Shown here in pieces: positions 37,923 through 50,034 of a DNA stretch of 64,000 nucleotides. Within the stretch, counting starts at the first letter, position 1; each line of letters starts with the position of its first letter. The translations under genes and the position numbers were made by a program. The notes beneath the pieces are model-generated. The model was not told where the DNA came from. It saw only the letters and a list, made by a program, of their open reading frames with translations, and did not search any database. The stretch lies in assembly GCF_001194135.2 (NCBI RefSeq), contig NC_068984.1:11011756-11075755 (forward strand), given 5' to 3'. This DNA is from Octopus bimaculoides (taxonomy: Eukaryota).

Positions 37923-39795
37923 ATAGCTTTTGTTCTGTTTTATCTTATTTCAACAATATGTCGGAAGAGATTTGTAAGTGAAGTTTTTAAACCCAGAGTA
38001 TTTAAACCACCCTATCTGGCCAAAGCCTCTTCTTTTTTTGTTCAAAGTGTGAAACGGAAGCATTGCATGAATGGGGTGGTGGACAAAGCCAGTCCACCAC
38101 CACAACCACCATCACCAGGTGCAAGTGTAAAGCATGCAGAATTTCCTCTGGTCTATCATACCTTACTTAATACTGAGAGCCTTCTCTACATTATCAATCT
38201 CATCATTATTTGGTATCCATATTGCCATGCTTGCAAGGGTCTATCAGAATTTTGTAGAGGCAGATTTTCTTCAGCCTGATCCCCTTTCAAAGCAAGCTAA
38301 TATTTCCCATAACTTGACATATTTCCCACAGAAGACTGAAAATGGACCCCATCTCTTGTATGAAAGTGATGCTCATTTACAACCACCACATGCTGTCATG
38401 ACAAGGGTATATATATATATATATATATATATGCCAGTGCCCCTGGACTGGCTTGTGCGGGTGGCACATAAAAGACACCATTTCGAGCGTGGCCGTTTTC
38501 GTGCGGGTGACACGTAAAAGCACCCACTACACTCTCTGAGTGGTTGGCGTTAGGAAGGGCATCCAGCTGTAGAAACTCTGCCAAATCAGACTGGAGCCTG
38601 GTGTTGCCATCCGGTTTCACCAGTCCTCAGTCAAATCGTCCAACCCATGCTAGCATGGAAAGCNNNNNNNNNNGTACACACACACACTCACACACACACA
38701 CACACACATTAATACAAGATTTAAAAAATTGTGAACTTTTATTATATTCATTATATATATTGATTCCAGTATAGATTAATATTACTAAGAAATATTTTCG
38801 GTCCTTGGCAAAAAAAACTGCCGGTATGCCACATCAGATAGTTTGAGAAGCACTGTGTTAGGGGATCCCAGTATTGTCATCTGTTTGTAAAACTATGCTT
38901 GAAATAACACATTTATCCAACCCATGCAACTATGGAAAAAATGGATGAAAAACAAGCAAAAGCTTTTACAGCAAGCAGGTTCAAGAATGTTTCATAAAGT
39001 GACCCCAGAATTTAAAACTATTTCAGAAATTTTCTAAAAACCTCCCTCTCTCAATATTTGCCTATCCAGGTATTTATTTTCAAAGAACAGTTCTAACATA
39101 TCTGTCTAGGCTAAACTATAATAATGTTCAATCTGGCAATATCGTCATTCAATCATTCATTAGAGTGCAATAATGATGAGATAGAAACTTAGAAGCAACT
39201 AAATATGTCACAAATAATGCGTTTGATCTCCTCTCTACAGCTGTGTCGTTACAAAATCACCTAAAGGCATACATTAAGGAAAACAACATGGTGTTTTCAT
39301 GACAATAGTCATCTCTAATATAACAATGTTCTAATGTATTAACAGTGAATTAATTTCTTAATCCTGTGCCAAAACACTTTTACTGTTTTTTATTAGACCT
39401 CTTTGTCAGTCTCTAGTCAGTGCTGTTATTGTGAAGAACATAATTTATGTTGCGACATACAGCAAGGAAATCTTCTATCCAAGCCTTCCATGTTGTTGTC
39501 AAGGCAGACTGCTGCCAATACTAAAAAATAAATAAATAAATTAGCTATTGTTATAGTTTTGGAAGATTATCATTAGATTACACAAGATTTATTGACAGTA
39601 GTTGTAGCTTTATTCCGAAAATATTTCCAAAGACTTTATCATTCGCAGTATTTTAATAATGGTGGAAGCTATTATACTCTGAACATAAACTATTACTGAA
39701 AACTTTTTATTTTCACAGGGTTTATTGACCGTCTTATTCTTCCTCTGAATAATAAGTGATTTCTGAAAACTTAACTTCACTTATTTGTTCAGATT

Positions 39796-39809
39796 AGATC
39801 GGAAGAGCG
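39796..39809 (+). other. Illumina adapter remnant (assembly artefact)
   Basis: AGATCGGAAGAGCG directly abuts an N gap and matches the start of the TruSeq adapter. Confidence 0.9.
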
Positions 39810-41315
39810 NNNNNNNNNNNNNNNNNNNNNNNNNNNNNNNNNGGAAATCATATCAACTTAACTGTTCCTCCTATAAGCAAAATGTGTGGATCATATAATT
39901 CTTCTGATTGTTTTTAAATTACATCTTCCTCGCTCTTTGTCTAGAATTAATCACAAAACAATAACAACAACAACAACAGTAATAATAAGAACCCCTGATA
40001 GTAACACCCAATTTATCATTCTTCTGTTGTAAATAATTTTCCTTGATTTGTCTGCTAAAAACAAGGAAGCAAGGAGTTAAATTTCAGCCATTGTGTTGTG
40101 CAGCCAAAGGAATAGCAAAGCCTGAAATCCTGGCAGATCTTTTGTTCTCTTCTGTAGATTTTGATAAAGTAAAATATTCATGTTAGGAAAAAGAACAGTG
40201 ATTTAAATCCCCCCCATTTCTCAAGTAAATTTAGGTGCTATTCTACTTAGTAAAAGACAGTCACACACTGATATAGTTTTTATATTATACAACCGGCACC
40301 TTTTAGAAGATAAGGACAAGGATTTCTTAGTTAATATTTTTGCCTCTTTGTTATTGTTGATGTTTGAGTTTTCTTTTAGTTATTTATTTTCCTTCACCCA
40401 AATTTCAGAATCTTGCTTGCTGCCAGTCAGACACACAGACAGCCAACCAGCCACATATGTGTCCTTCAAGCTTTCTTTCGCACTCTACTGATACTGAAAT
40501 CCACTCCTTTAACACAAGCCCAAGAGAGCTTTTATTTTATTATTATTTTTATCTTATTATTATTATTCCTGTCTGGCTTAGTCAGCCATCCCATGTGTTA
40601 CTTTGGTGTCAGGCCTCCCGCTCCTTCTGTCTTACCAGCAGTAGTAGCAGCAGCAGCAGCATCAACCCTTAGATTTCTTGTTTCTTTGCCTTTACTCTAT
40701 CTTTCCTTCTCTACATCCTCCTTTCTATCCCTTTCCCCCCACTACACATGTTTATTATCTGCAGCCAGTCTTGACTTCAGCACACACAATGGCTACTATG
40801 GTTAGAAGAGGTGGATACCACCACTAACCACTTTCTTATGTCAAAAGCTACTAAGAAAAACAACATTAGTCTTGACAACTTTTCTGCTTCTGTCTTCTAC
40901 CAATTGGTATGTCTTAGCGACGTATATACATTAGTTGGAAGGAGTTTGCCTCCTGATTTCCCTTGCTTCTTTAAAAAAATGGAAAAGTTTAACTACTTCT
41001 TCAGGAACATCTTTCAAAGTTGTACACAGCAGCAAAAGAGCAGCTTCGTTAGTGTTGACATGTGAAGTTTCTCTAAAAGTTTACATAAGCCAACATCAAG
41101 TTCTAATCATAGATAGTAGTACTAGAGTGATAGTGGTAACAACAACAGCCACTGCGTGGCATTGCTGACTGCAGCAGGAGAGCAAATTATATAAATAAGT
41201 CTATAAATCGCATACCTGTTATTACATATTAAAACATCAAACTTTTGCCGCTTAAGAAACATACTTGCTTCACCTTGATTTTACCTGATACTAGTGGAAA
41301 GGAAAGCAAAGCAAA

Positions 41316-41490
41316 ATGGTACTGATTACTCAGAACAAAACTAATACCACAAAAATCAAACAGGTCAGAATGGTTCTACCTGTGACCACACCCAGCCCTT
41401 CACCATCTCCTCCACCTTTACCTGGATGCAATAGCCATCCGGATTCTTGCCAGGATTGTAAATGTCAAACAGTCTACATACAATGTGAAG
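41316..41490 (+). CDS. Putative coding exon (possibly an alternative first exon), Pro/Cys-rich, protein family unknown
   Basis: ATG plus 58 codons, MVLITQNKTNTTKIKQVRMVLPVTTPSPSPSPPPLPGCNSHPDSCQDCKCQTVYIQCE, ending at a phase-1 donor GAAG|GTAATA. It follows about 1.2 kb of unique, UTR-like sequence. Confidence 0.45.
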
Positions 41491-41764
41491 GTAATATATA
41501 TATACATATATATATATGTATACACATATATAATATTTATGTGTATATTTTGTTTCTTTCTTTTTATCAGGTTTTGTTGTTTTGTTGCTGTACTTTCATA
41601 TAATTAACTAGTTAATTGCAGGTGTTTCTTAATGATCTTTTTTGAAACTCTTATTTTTGGAGATAAGTTTAACTGGACAACTTTCTCACAATATTCTGTA
41701 ATTTACTGCTTCCATCACAGATTTTAAATTGACAACTGAACATTTACAGTCCACAGAAGCTTGA

Positions 41765-41796
<32 letters not shown>

Positions 41797-42414
41797 GTCT
41801 CTCTCTATCTATCTATCTATCTATCTATCTGTCTATCTATCTATCTATCTATCTCTCTCCCAGTGCTTTTAGAACTAAAGTCTTCAATTGTTTTCCTATT
41901 GAGATCTTCAAAAACTTTAATATTTCAAGACACTCATTTCGAAATAACATACACTGATGTACACAAAACTCTGTTTTGTTTTGCATGAGATTTAATTGTT
42001 GTGTGTGTGTGTACAAGAAGGTACATGTATATGTGGGTGTGTTTAATTTAATATTTGTGATAACACAAAACTTTAAAGGTTTCTTAAATGAAACAAATAT
42101 TAACATCTACATTTGTGTTTAAATTATAAACATAACTTTAATCACATTTCTTATCCTATGAAGAGGCAATTCTATACATTCACTACTGGAATAAATTAAT
42201 ATCTTTTTTTACTGACTCCCTTCATACAAAGAAATCCAGGGTTGTCAAAACTTCAAATTGTTAATAATTCATTGGGCATGTTTTCTTGTTAATTTTCAAT
42301 CTTACTATTACTACAATTAAATCACATTGTAACCTCTTTACTATCCTCAACAGAGACTATGATTTTGGCAGCCTGGTCAGTTTGTTGTTGCCCAGATAAA
42401 CCTTATGCTCAGCT

Positions 42415-42481
<67 letters not shown>

Positions 42482-44166
42482 ATGTGGGGCTTAATAAGTT
42501 ATAATTTGTTCTTATGTCAAGTTATATATGTAATGTTCAGCTTCTAAACAACATCACTTCCAATAGTTTTATTCTAATTCTGGCCCCTTCAGTCAAAACA
42601 TTGGGGGTGCCACTCCAACAACATTTGGGAAATAACTTATGCTGTTTTGCTAATGGGTTTTATCCTTTGTTTTTTTAATTAAAAATAAATGAGTGAGGAA
42701 AGTCACTAGTCTTGTGAGATTTGGTCATAATCTCTGTAGTGTTTGTGGATAGAATTCAAAGTTGTACATTGTTATGTTTGTCCTGGTTAATCCAAGACAT
42801 CTGATTGTGTCTTCTCGATGCAGAAGGAAAAAGTCAATATTGTTTATCTTTTGTTCAGCAGATTAAATATTTTACAAGATTGAATTTTGTCACTCTGTGT
42901 TGTGAGTCCAAATCTTCCTTGGGTCAGTTTTTGCCTCTCACACACACCTCAACAAGGGAGCTTCTGTATTAGTCACTCAGCCTGCTAGAAATAACAGCCA
43001 AATCTTCCTCAAATTATTTCTTAAGAAAGAATACACCAAATAATGTAAATGTGGTGTTGAGTGCCTTGTACATGGGAGAAAGATGAGGTGGGGTTTCAGA
43101 ATAGCTACCAATATTTCATGGGGAAAGGCCAAGGGAATGAAATTGGGGACAAAAGTATAAAAAATCAAACTTTTTTTTTGGCAGGGTGGGGGACCCCATT
43201 TCTTTGTAAATTGTGATCCCTCTTGTATGAAATACAGGGATACTAAAAATGTAAAAAGGAAAAAGAAACCCCACTTCCTTGCCCTTTCCCTTCCTCTTGA
43301 GCTAAGTAATAGCTATTCCAAAAGTCTGCCAATGATGAAATGGTCATGGTTGGAATGCCTTTGATCATAGATCTGATCAAAATTGATCTGGTGCTAAACA
43401 AAAACATGATAAAAGTACCAATCTTATATGGGGGAGGGTATTTGATTTCTTCCCTCTTTTTAATGATTCCAATATAAGACATTATTTATTGATTGTCACC
43501 TATTCCCCTCTCTATAAATGCCAGTAAGGTGCTGCTACCATATGCCATATACTATATCTACGTGTTTACCATTATTGATATTATTTTACTGAGAGCGGCA
43601 AAACTGAAGATCATATCCAAGGTGTGGTTATTGCTACTTAAAACTATTATTTTATTATCATTCCTCCTCAGTTCTACAGCATCCCCTTATGTTTAGAAAT
43701 CATGTATTATTATTATTGGCCAAATGCCAAAAGTTTGGAACCACTATTATTTTTATTAGATTTTATTATTAGAAATCATTATTATAAATATGTGAGAAGT
43801 AACAAACCCTAAAATGCCAAACCATATTCTTCGCAGTATATATCTATTCAGCGACTCACATTTCTGTTTTCAAACTTTTCCATTATCAGCCTTGACTGTT
43901 ATCGTTTCAGAATCAATAAATAACAACCAGTTATGCTCTGGTTGCTGCTTATTTATTTCTTTAGTATTTATAATTAACCACCAGCTATACACTAAGTACT
44001 TTCTTTTTCTTCTGAAACACTAATTTTACAACCATTAATACTCTTGAGTCCTCATGACATTGATTCACTTTGAAACTCTTCTCCCTTGGTTAAATTGGTT
44101 GTATGTTTAAACAAAGAAGCCATGTATATTAATCACTCTTAAATCCTGTCAACTGAGTAGAATATG

Positions 44167-44207
44167 CACCACTGAGGAAGTTTAATAAGACCGAAACATG
44201 TCTGTTG
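44167..44207 (+). ncRNA. Candidate minimal type I hammerhead ribozyme (PLE-associated class)
   Basis: CACCA-CTGAGGA-A-GTTT(AATA)AGAC-C-GAAAC-AT-GTC-TGTTG. It has an intact CUGANGA and GAAA core, a GUC cleavage triplet, stem I pairing 4/5, and a palindromic ACATGT stem III. Confidence 0.55.
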
Positions 44208-44619
44208 TTTTCTCCACTTTGTTTCAAGGACCAGATCCACTTCAATCTACTTTGTCTGCAATGTGCAAAAGTTTTGATCAACTGATCTGATCGGGGTTAT
44301 CTCCATTGCTGTTTTTCTTTTTTCTTTAGATTTTGTCTATTAATGGTTTTGATAGATGAGCTGATCAAAGTTTTTCTACTTATTATACAACATATGTGAG
44401 ACCTTACCACGCATATTACATCATCATCATCATCATCATTTAACGTCCGTGTTCCATGCTAGTATGGGTGGGACGGTACCACAAAAGCCAGCCAGGCCAA
44501 AGCCTGCACCAGACATCTGTGACTGTTTTGGCAGGATTTTTACAGCTGGATACCTTTCCTAATACCAACCACTCAGCAATGAATTACAGCCATTGTTTTT
44601 TTTTCTCTTGGGCAAAATA

Positions 44620-45290
44620 GATTGGCAGAATCATAAGGACATTGGACAAAAAGCCTTGTGGTGTTTATGTTCTGACCTGAAATCCCACCAAGGTCAACTT
44701 TGCCTTTCATCCCCTCTAGGGTTGATAAAGTAAAATTAAGTACCAGTATACTGGAGTTGATGGTATCAACTAACCCCTCCCCTCAAAATTGTTCAGCCTT
44801 GTGCCTAAATTAGAAACCATTATCTTTATCCTTATATGGGTGGTGGATTAGCAGCATTGTTAAAACATTGGACAGAATGCCTTACAATATTTCTTCATGC
44901 TCTTTAAATTAATTCTGGGTTCAAATTCTACCAAGGTCATCTTTGTTATTCATCCCTCTGGGGACAATGAATTCAAATATATAGCTAGTACTGGGTTCCA
45001 TTAACCCCTACTTTCAAAATTTTTCTCCTTATTGCTTCCAGTCCAAAGAGGCATGGGGGTGTTAGGTGGTGAGCTGACAGAATTGTTAAGACATCAGACA
45101 AAACATTTAGCTGCATTTCTTCTGGTTTTCCTCATTCTAAACTCAAATTCTACCAACATCAACTTTGCTTTTCATCCTTTCGGGATTGATAAAATAAAGT
45201 ACCAGTCAAGTACTGAGGTCAATCTAACTGACTAGCCCCCACTCCCAAATTCCAGGCCTTGTGCCTATATCAGAAACAATTATTATTTCC
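44620..45290 (+). mobile_element. Three head-to-tail decayed SINE family B copies
   Basis: The AAATCC/TTC.ACCAAGGTCAACTTTGCCTTTCATCC...AAGTACCAG...GCCTTGTGCCTA unit is repeated three times. Confidence 0.75.
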
Positions 45291-46002
45291 ATTCTAGGTA
45301 TAATGTTACACAATCTCATTTCCAATTCCCTTTTTTTTAAATCTGTGACCTGGCATCATTCAATGTCCTCCCTGGCAGTAAGACCCCATCCCCTCCCCTG
45401 CCAGGGTCATTATTTACTCTCATATCCCAGCTACAGCTGGTAGCACTGAAATTCCAAACACACATTAATGCCACATTGTTTGTTCCATGTTCTACTCCTC
45501 CGACAAATTCTTTGTGTCTGTGTTCAAGTGTGCATGTTTGCGTGTGTCTGTGTGTTAATGCATGCACGTGTGTGCATGTTTTTGTATATGTGTCAAAGTG
45601 TGCATATTTTTGTGTATGTGTGTGTGTGTGTGTATTTTTCTGTCCATGTATACATGTTTGTTTTGCATTTGTATGTGTATGTATGTGTTCGTGTTTGTGA
45701 GTTTGTTCATGTGTGCATATTTTTGTGTGTCTGTGTGCATGTTCACATTGCACATATTTGTGTGTGTCTGTATGTCTGTTCATGTATGTAATGTTCGTGT
45801 TTGTGTGTCTGTGTGCATGTTCACATTGCACATATTTGTATGTCTGTGTATGTCTGTTCATGTGTGTAATGTTTGTGTTTGTGTCTGTGTATGTATACTC
45901 ATGCATGATGAATGTGTCATACATCTCTCTTCTCTGTTTACTTGTATATTTATATTGTTTTGTCTTATATTCTAATGCAATTTCCCTCTTATGGGAAATA
46001 CC

Positions 46003-46253
46003 TTATTATTATTATCATTATTATTATTATCATTATTATTATTATCATTATTATTATTATCATTATTATTATTATCATTATTATTATTATCATTATTATT
46101 ATTATCATTATTATTATTATCATTATTATTATTATCATTATTATTATTATCATTATTATTATTATCATTATTATTATTATCATTATTATTATTATCATTA
46201 TTATTATTATCATTATTATTATTATCATTATTATTATTATTATTATTATTATT
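46003..46253. repeat. Higher-order microsatellite, 15-bp unit (TAT)4CAT x about 15
   Basis: Perfectly periodic TTATTATTATTATCA. The poly-I, poly-N and poly-Y ORFs here are artefacts of it. Confidence 0.95.
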
Positions 46254-47960
46254 AGAAATCAGCTGCAGCAGTGTTGCTATTGCTGTTACCATCATCATTG
46301 GCATTTATTTTTGTTGTTGTTGTTATCAGTAGTATTTTTTTGACCTGGTTTTAGGCCTGAGCTATGATATCCTATTATTTATATCTCTAATATCCTTACA
46401 AAAAGGCATGAACACTACAAAATTCCATTTTCTCTCTCTGACATAAATTTCACATTTTTGCATCCACTGGCTCTCAGTTATTTGCATTTCTGTGCCATTA
46501 TTAATCACATTCTCAGGAAAGGCATGAATGTCACTAAATGTTATTTTCTTCCTTTCATAACAACAATAATAAAACCATAATATTTATAATTTACTACCAC
46601 CACATGTGTGGTAGAATCTACAAATTCTTCCTTTCTTACTTGTGTATTAGTAATAGAAGGAAGTTTGTTTACAATGGAAAAGCCCGTGAAGTCTACATAA
46701 CAGTAAAACTTTACAATGTTACACTGCTTTTAACATTAGCTCTCTTCTAAAGTGAAATACTACCCAGCCCCCCTTATTTTTTATAGGCATCTGACCTTTA
46801 TGTCCATTCTAGCCATGACCATCCTGTCTTTTCAGACAGTTTAGCTATGACAATGAAAAATGTTTTATTGTCTGGGGAATCATTCTGTTTTAATGCCTAA
46901 TTAATTAACACACTCACCGGTTTAATTTCCACTCATTTATTTATTTTTTTGTAAAATTTTCGTTACTTCTTGCAACCTCTTCAATAATCGTTGAATATGT
47001 TTATTCTTTTTTAAAGAAAACAGGGTGAGATTTGAGAAATACTTGACTGCTATTTCTACAGGGATAGCAGCCATATACAAGTTTTCTCATTGGTTGGCCT
47101 TGTCCAAAGTTATGTTGTTATTTGGCTCTGGATTCTTCTCTATGCTGTGAGGTGGGAGAGAGGAGTATTCCCTATTAATGGTGTGGCATGGGAGGGAAAT
47201 ATCTGCGAAGAATAAATAAAAGAAGACATCTCACTAGAAAAACACATTTTGTCTTGTTTACAGCCTAAGAATTTCGAAACTTAGAGAGACACGAAATAAT
47301 TTGTTTTTAACAGATGAGCTCAAAGTAGATAAAGCTATAAATAGTAGCATGTAAATATCAGGCCTTTTAGACAGAAAAGGTTAAAGGTTGGCCAAGGGAT
47401 GTGAACCCAGAAGGTATGAGCTCAGATCCCATGGGCAGCCTTCGTATTCACCCATTAAAAACAAATTCTTTCAGATTTTGCCCTTTTATTATTATTTTAT
47501 TATTTTTTACCATTCCAATTAATTTCTCCAATTACTCTACTACATCCCTTCTGTCTTACTATGTGGCTATTTTTCACTACACACTACTCCACCCTGCTAC
47601 TATGTCACACCATCATTACACCATGCTACAGCAATTCACCCTGCAACACCATACCATCTTCCTACACTGTGCCATACTGCTGCTTCGCTTTTACACTATT
47701 CTGCTCCACTCAGACTGGCCACGCCACCATCCCACCAACGCCCACACACTACTGCACCACTCCTTTTAGCTAGTCATAGACACATCCTAGTTGGCTAATT
47801 TCCATAGTTGTGCTGACACTAAAGAACTAAGGAGGAACTCTATACTTCAACCCCAACCACACAGTCACCACTGCCTACCAACCACTCCTTGCCCTGTCTG
47901 TCTCCATACATTTCCTCCCTTTCCATTATAGCATTGTCTTCCTTCCTCTTATTCAACTGT

Positions 47961-47995
<35 letters not shown>

Positions 47996-48327
47996 GTGCC
48001 TTTCTTACACTATTTATTATCTTCTCTATTGTTTTGTCTCCCTATTTTCTTCTTATTCTCATTTTGTTATTTTTTTCCCCTTTTTATCTACTTCCTGTGC
48101 TATTGTTTTGTAAACCTTACCCCAGATATAGCAGATACCACAGACAGTACATGCTATGTCTTTCTTACCTGGCAACTGTAAACTTATAATATACCATCTC
48201 CTTTCTTTAAAGTTCAAATGCCATGAACACAGGATGTTGTCAGCAGTTTTTGTTGTTGTTGCTTTTTTCACCTTTAAAACAATTGGTCAAGAGAATATTT
48301 GAAGAAAAGTTGAAAAAAAAACACAAC

Positions 48328-48378
<51 letters not shown>

Positions 48379-48747
48379 NNNNNNNNNNNNNNNNNNNNNN
48401 NNNNNNNNNNNNNNNNNNNNNNNNNNNNNNNNNNNNNNNNNNNNNNNNNNNNNNNNNNNNNNNNNNNNNNNNNNNNNNNNNNNNNNNNNNNNNNNNNNNN
48501 NNNNNNNNNNNNNNNNNNNNNNNNNNNNNNNNNNNNNNNNNNNNNNNNNNNNNNNNNNNNNNNNNNNNNNNNNNNNNNNNNNNNNNNNNNNNNNNNNNNN
48601 NNNNNNNNNNNNNNNNNNNNNNNNNNNNNNNNNNNNNNNNNNNNNNNNNATAGTAATTTCAATAAAAAATTACTCAGCATAAAAGCACAATGGAAGTGGA
48701 AAATTAGTGTAATTTTATATAATCTTTCTCAAATTAATTCATAAAAA

Positions 48748-48823
<76 letters not shown>

Positions 48824-48825
48824 AA

Positions 48826-49077
48826 CATGCAAAAAAATACCTAACCAAGACCTCAGAGCTTGGAAAATATGCACAACACAGAGAAAATAGAACTGCCAGG
48901 TCTTGCGCGCATATTTCTTAGAATAATACCATTAATATAATGGGAATAGAAAATCAAAACAAAATATTGCACATAGCCAGACATCAGAGAGCTGCACTCG
49001 GCAGTGCAGTGAACACATGCAATAAATATAACTCAATAAATATAATGATAATAATAATAATAATAATAATAATAATT
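48826..49077 (+). mobile_element. 5'-truncated R4/Dong-like (RLE) non-LTR retrotransposon 3' end in (AAT)n
   Basis: Reads NTEKIELPGLARIFLRII, a decayed IQK..LLGTA.ILR C-terminal motif. A 3' UTR containing AGAGCTGCACTCGGCAGTG and an (AAT)n tail follow. Confidence 0.6.
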
Positions 49078-49206
49078 CCCAAACTTCCTTGTGTATCTTA
49101 TTTGTATATTTGTGTTAACACCTCTCTTTCTCTCTCTCTCTCTCATTGTATACATATGTGTGTATGTATAATATATATGAAATACTATTTGTGCTGTATT
49201 TTTTAG

Positions 49207-49307
49207 ATAAATATTATTCAGCATCGTTGGTCATTGATCAGTTAGCATTTACGTCGATAGCATCAACTGACTTGATCTCAACAAAACCGTCGTGCAGCTC
49301 AACTTAA
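49207..49307 (+). CDS. Candidate terminal coding exon, phase-compatible with 41316-41490
   Basis: Acceptor TTTGTGCTGTATTTTTTAG, then the phase-1 frame (D)KYYSASLVIDQLAFTSIASTDLISTKPSCSST* ending at TAA 49305-49307. Confidence 0.3.
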
Positions 49308-49579
49308 AAGTCTTTTCTTTATAATAAGCTTGGAAACTCTTTCTTTCTCTCTCTCTCAAGCTCCAAGAGTTACTTTTGGAACTATCAACCTATTAATATA
49401 TATTATTATTATTATTTTATATATTTGGTTCCATGCATCTTAAAGTTTTACAGGCTTCTAGCAAACATCTGACTCACTCAGGTTCAGATAACCAATTCAG
49501 TAACTCCTACTAAATGTATTGAGTGCCATCTTTCATTTGTCCACCCGCTTGTGTGCGTATGTATATGTGTGTGTGTGTG

Positions 49580-49625
<46 letters not shown>

Positions 49626-49979
49626 NNNNNNNNNNNNNNNNNNNNNNNNNNNNNNNNNNNNNNNNNNNNNNNNNNNNNNNNNNNNNNNNNNNNNNNNNNN
49701 NNNNNNNNNNNNNNNNNNNNNNNNNNNNNNNNNNNNNNNNNNNNNNNNNNNNNNNNNNNNNNNNNNNNNNNNNNNNNNNNNNNNNNNNNNNNNNNNNNNN
49801 NNNNNNNNNNNNNNNNNNNNNNNNNNNNNNNNNNNNNNNNNNNNNNNNNNNNNNNNNNNNNNNNNNNNNNNNNNNNNNNNNNNNNNNNNNNNNNNNNNNN
49901 NNNNNNNNNNNNNNNNNNNNNNNNNNNNNNNNNNNNNNNNNNNNNNNNNNNNNNNNNNNNNNNNNNNNNNNNNNNNNNN

Positions 49980-50034
<55 letters not shown>

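Noticed and set aside
39221-39300. Acceptor-like CTCCTCTCTACAG followed by the frame AVSLQNHLKAYIKENNMVFS*
   Set aside because: There is no convincing donor or other support; it is indistinguishable from chance.
43243-43482. Minus-strand ORF with IKGIPTM, resembling a PLE RT motif
   Set aside because: The DNA matches the dispersed non-coding repeat (GATCAAAGGCATTCCA.CCATGACC) also seen at about 15.1, 25.0, 46.8 and 52.8 kb.
45912-46343. Poly-Ile, poly-Asn, poly-Tyr and poly-Leu ORFs
   Set aside because: These are translations of the 15-bp satellite in all frames, with no splice or start context.
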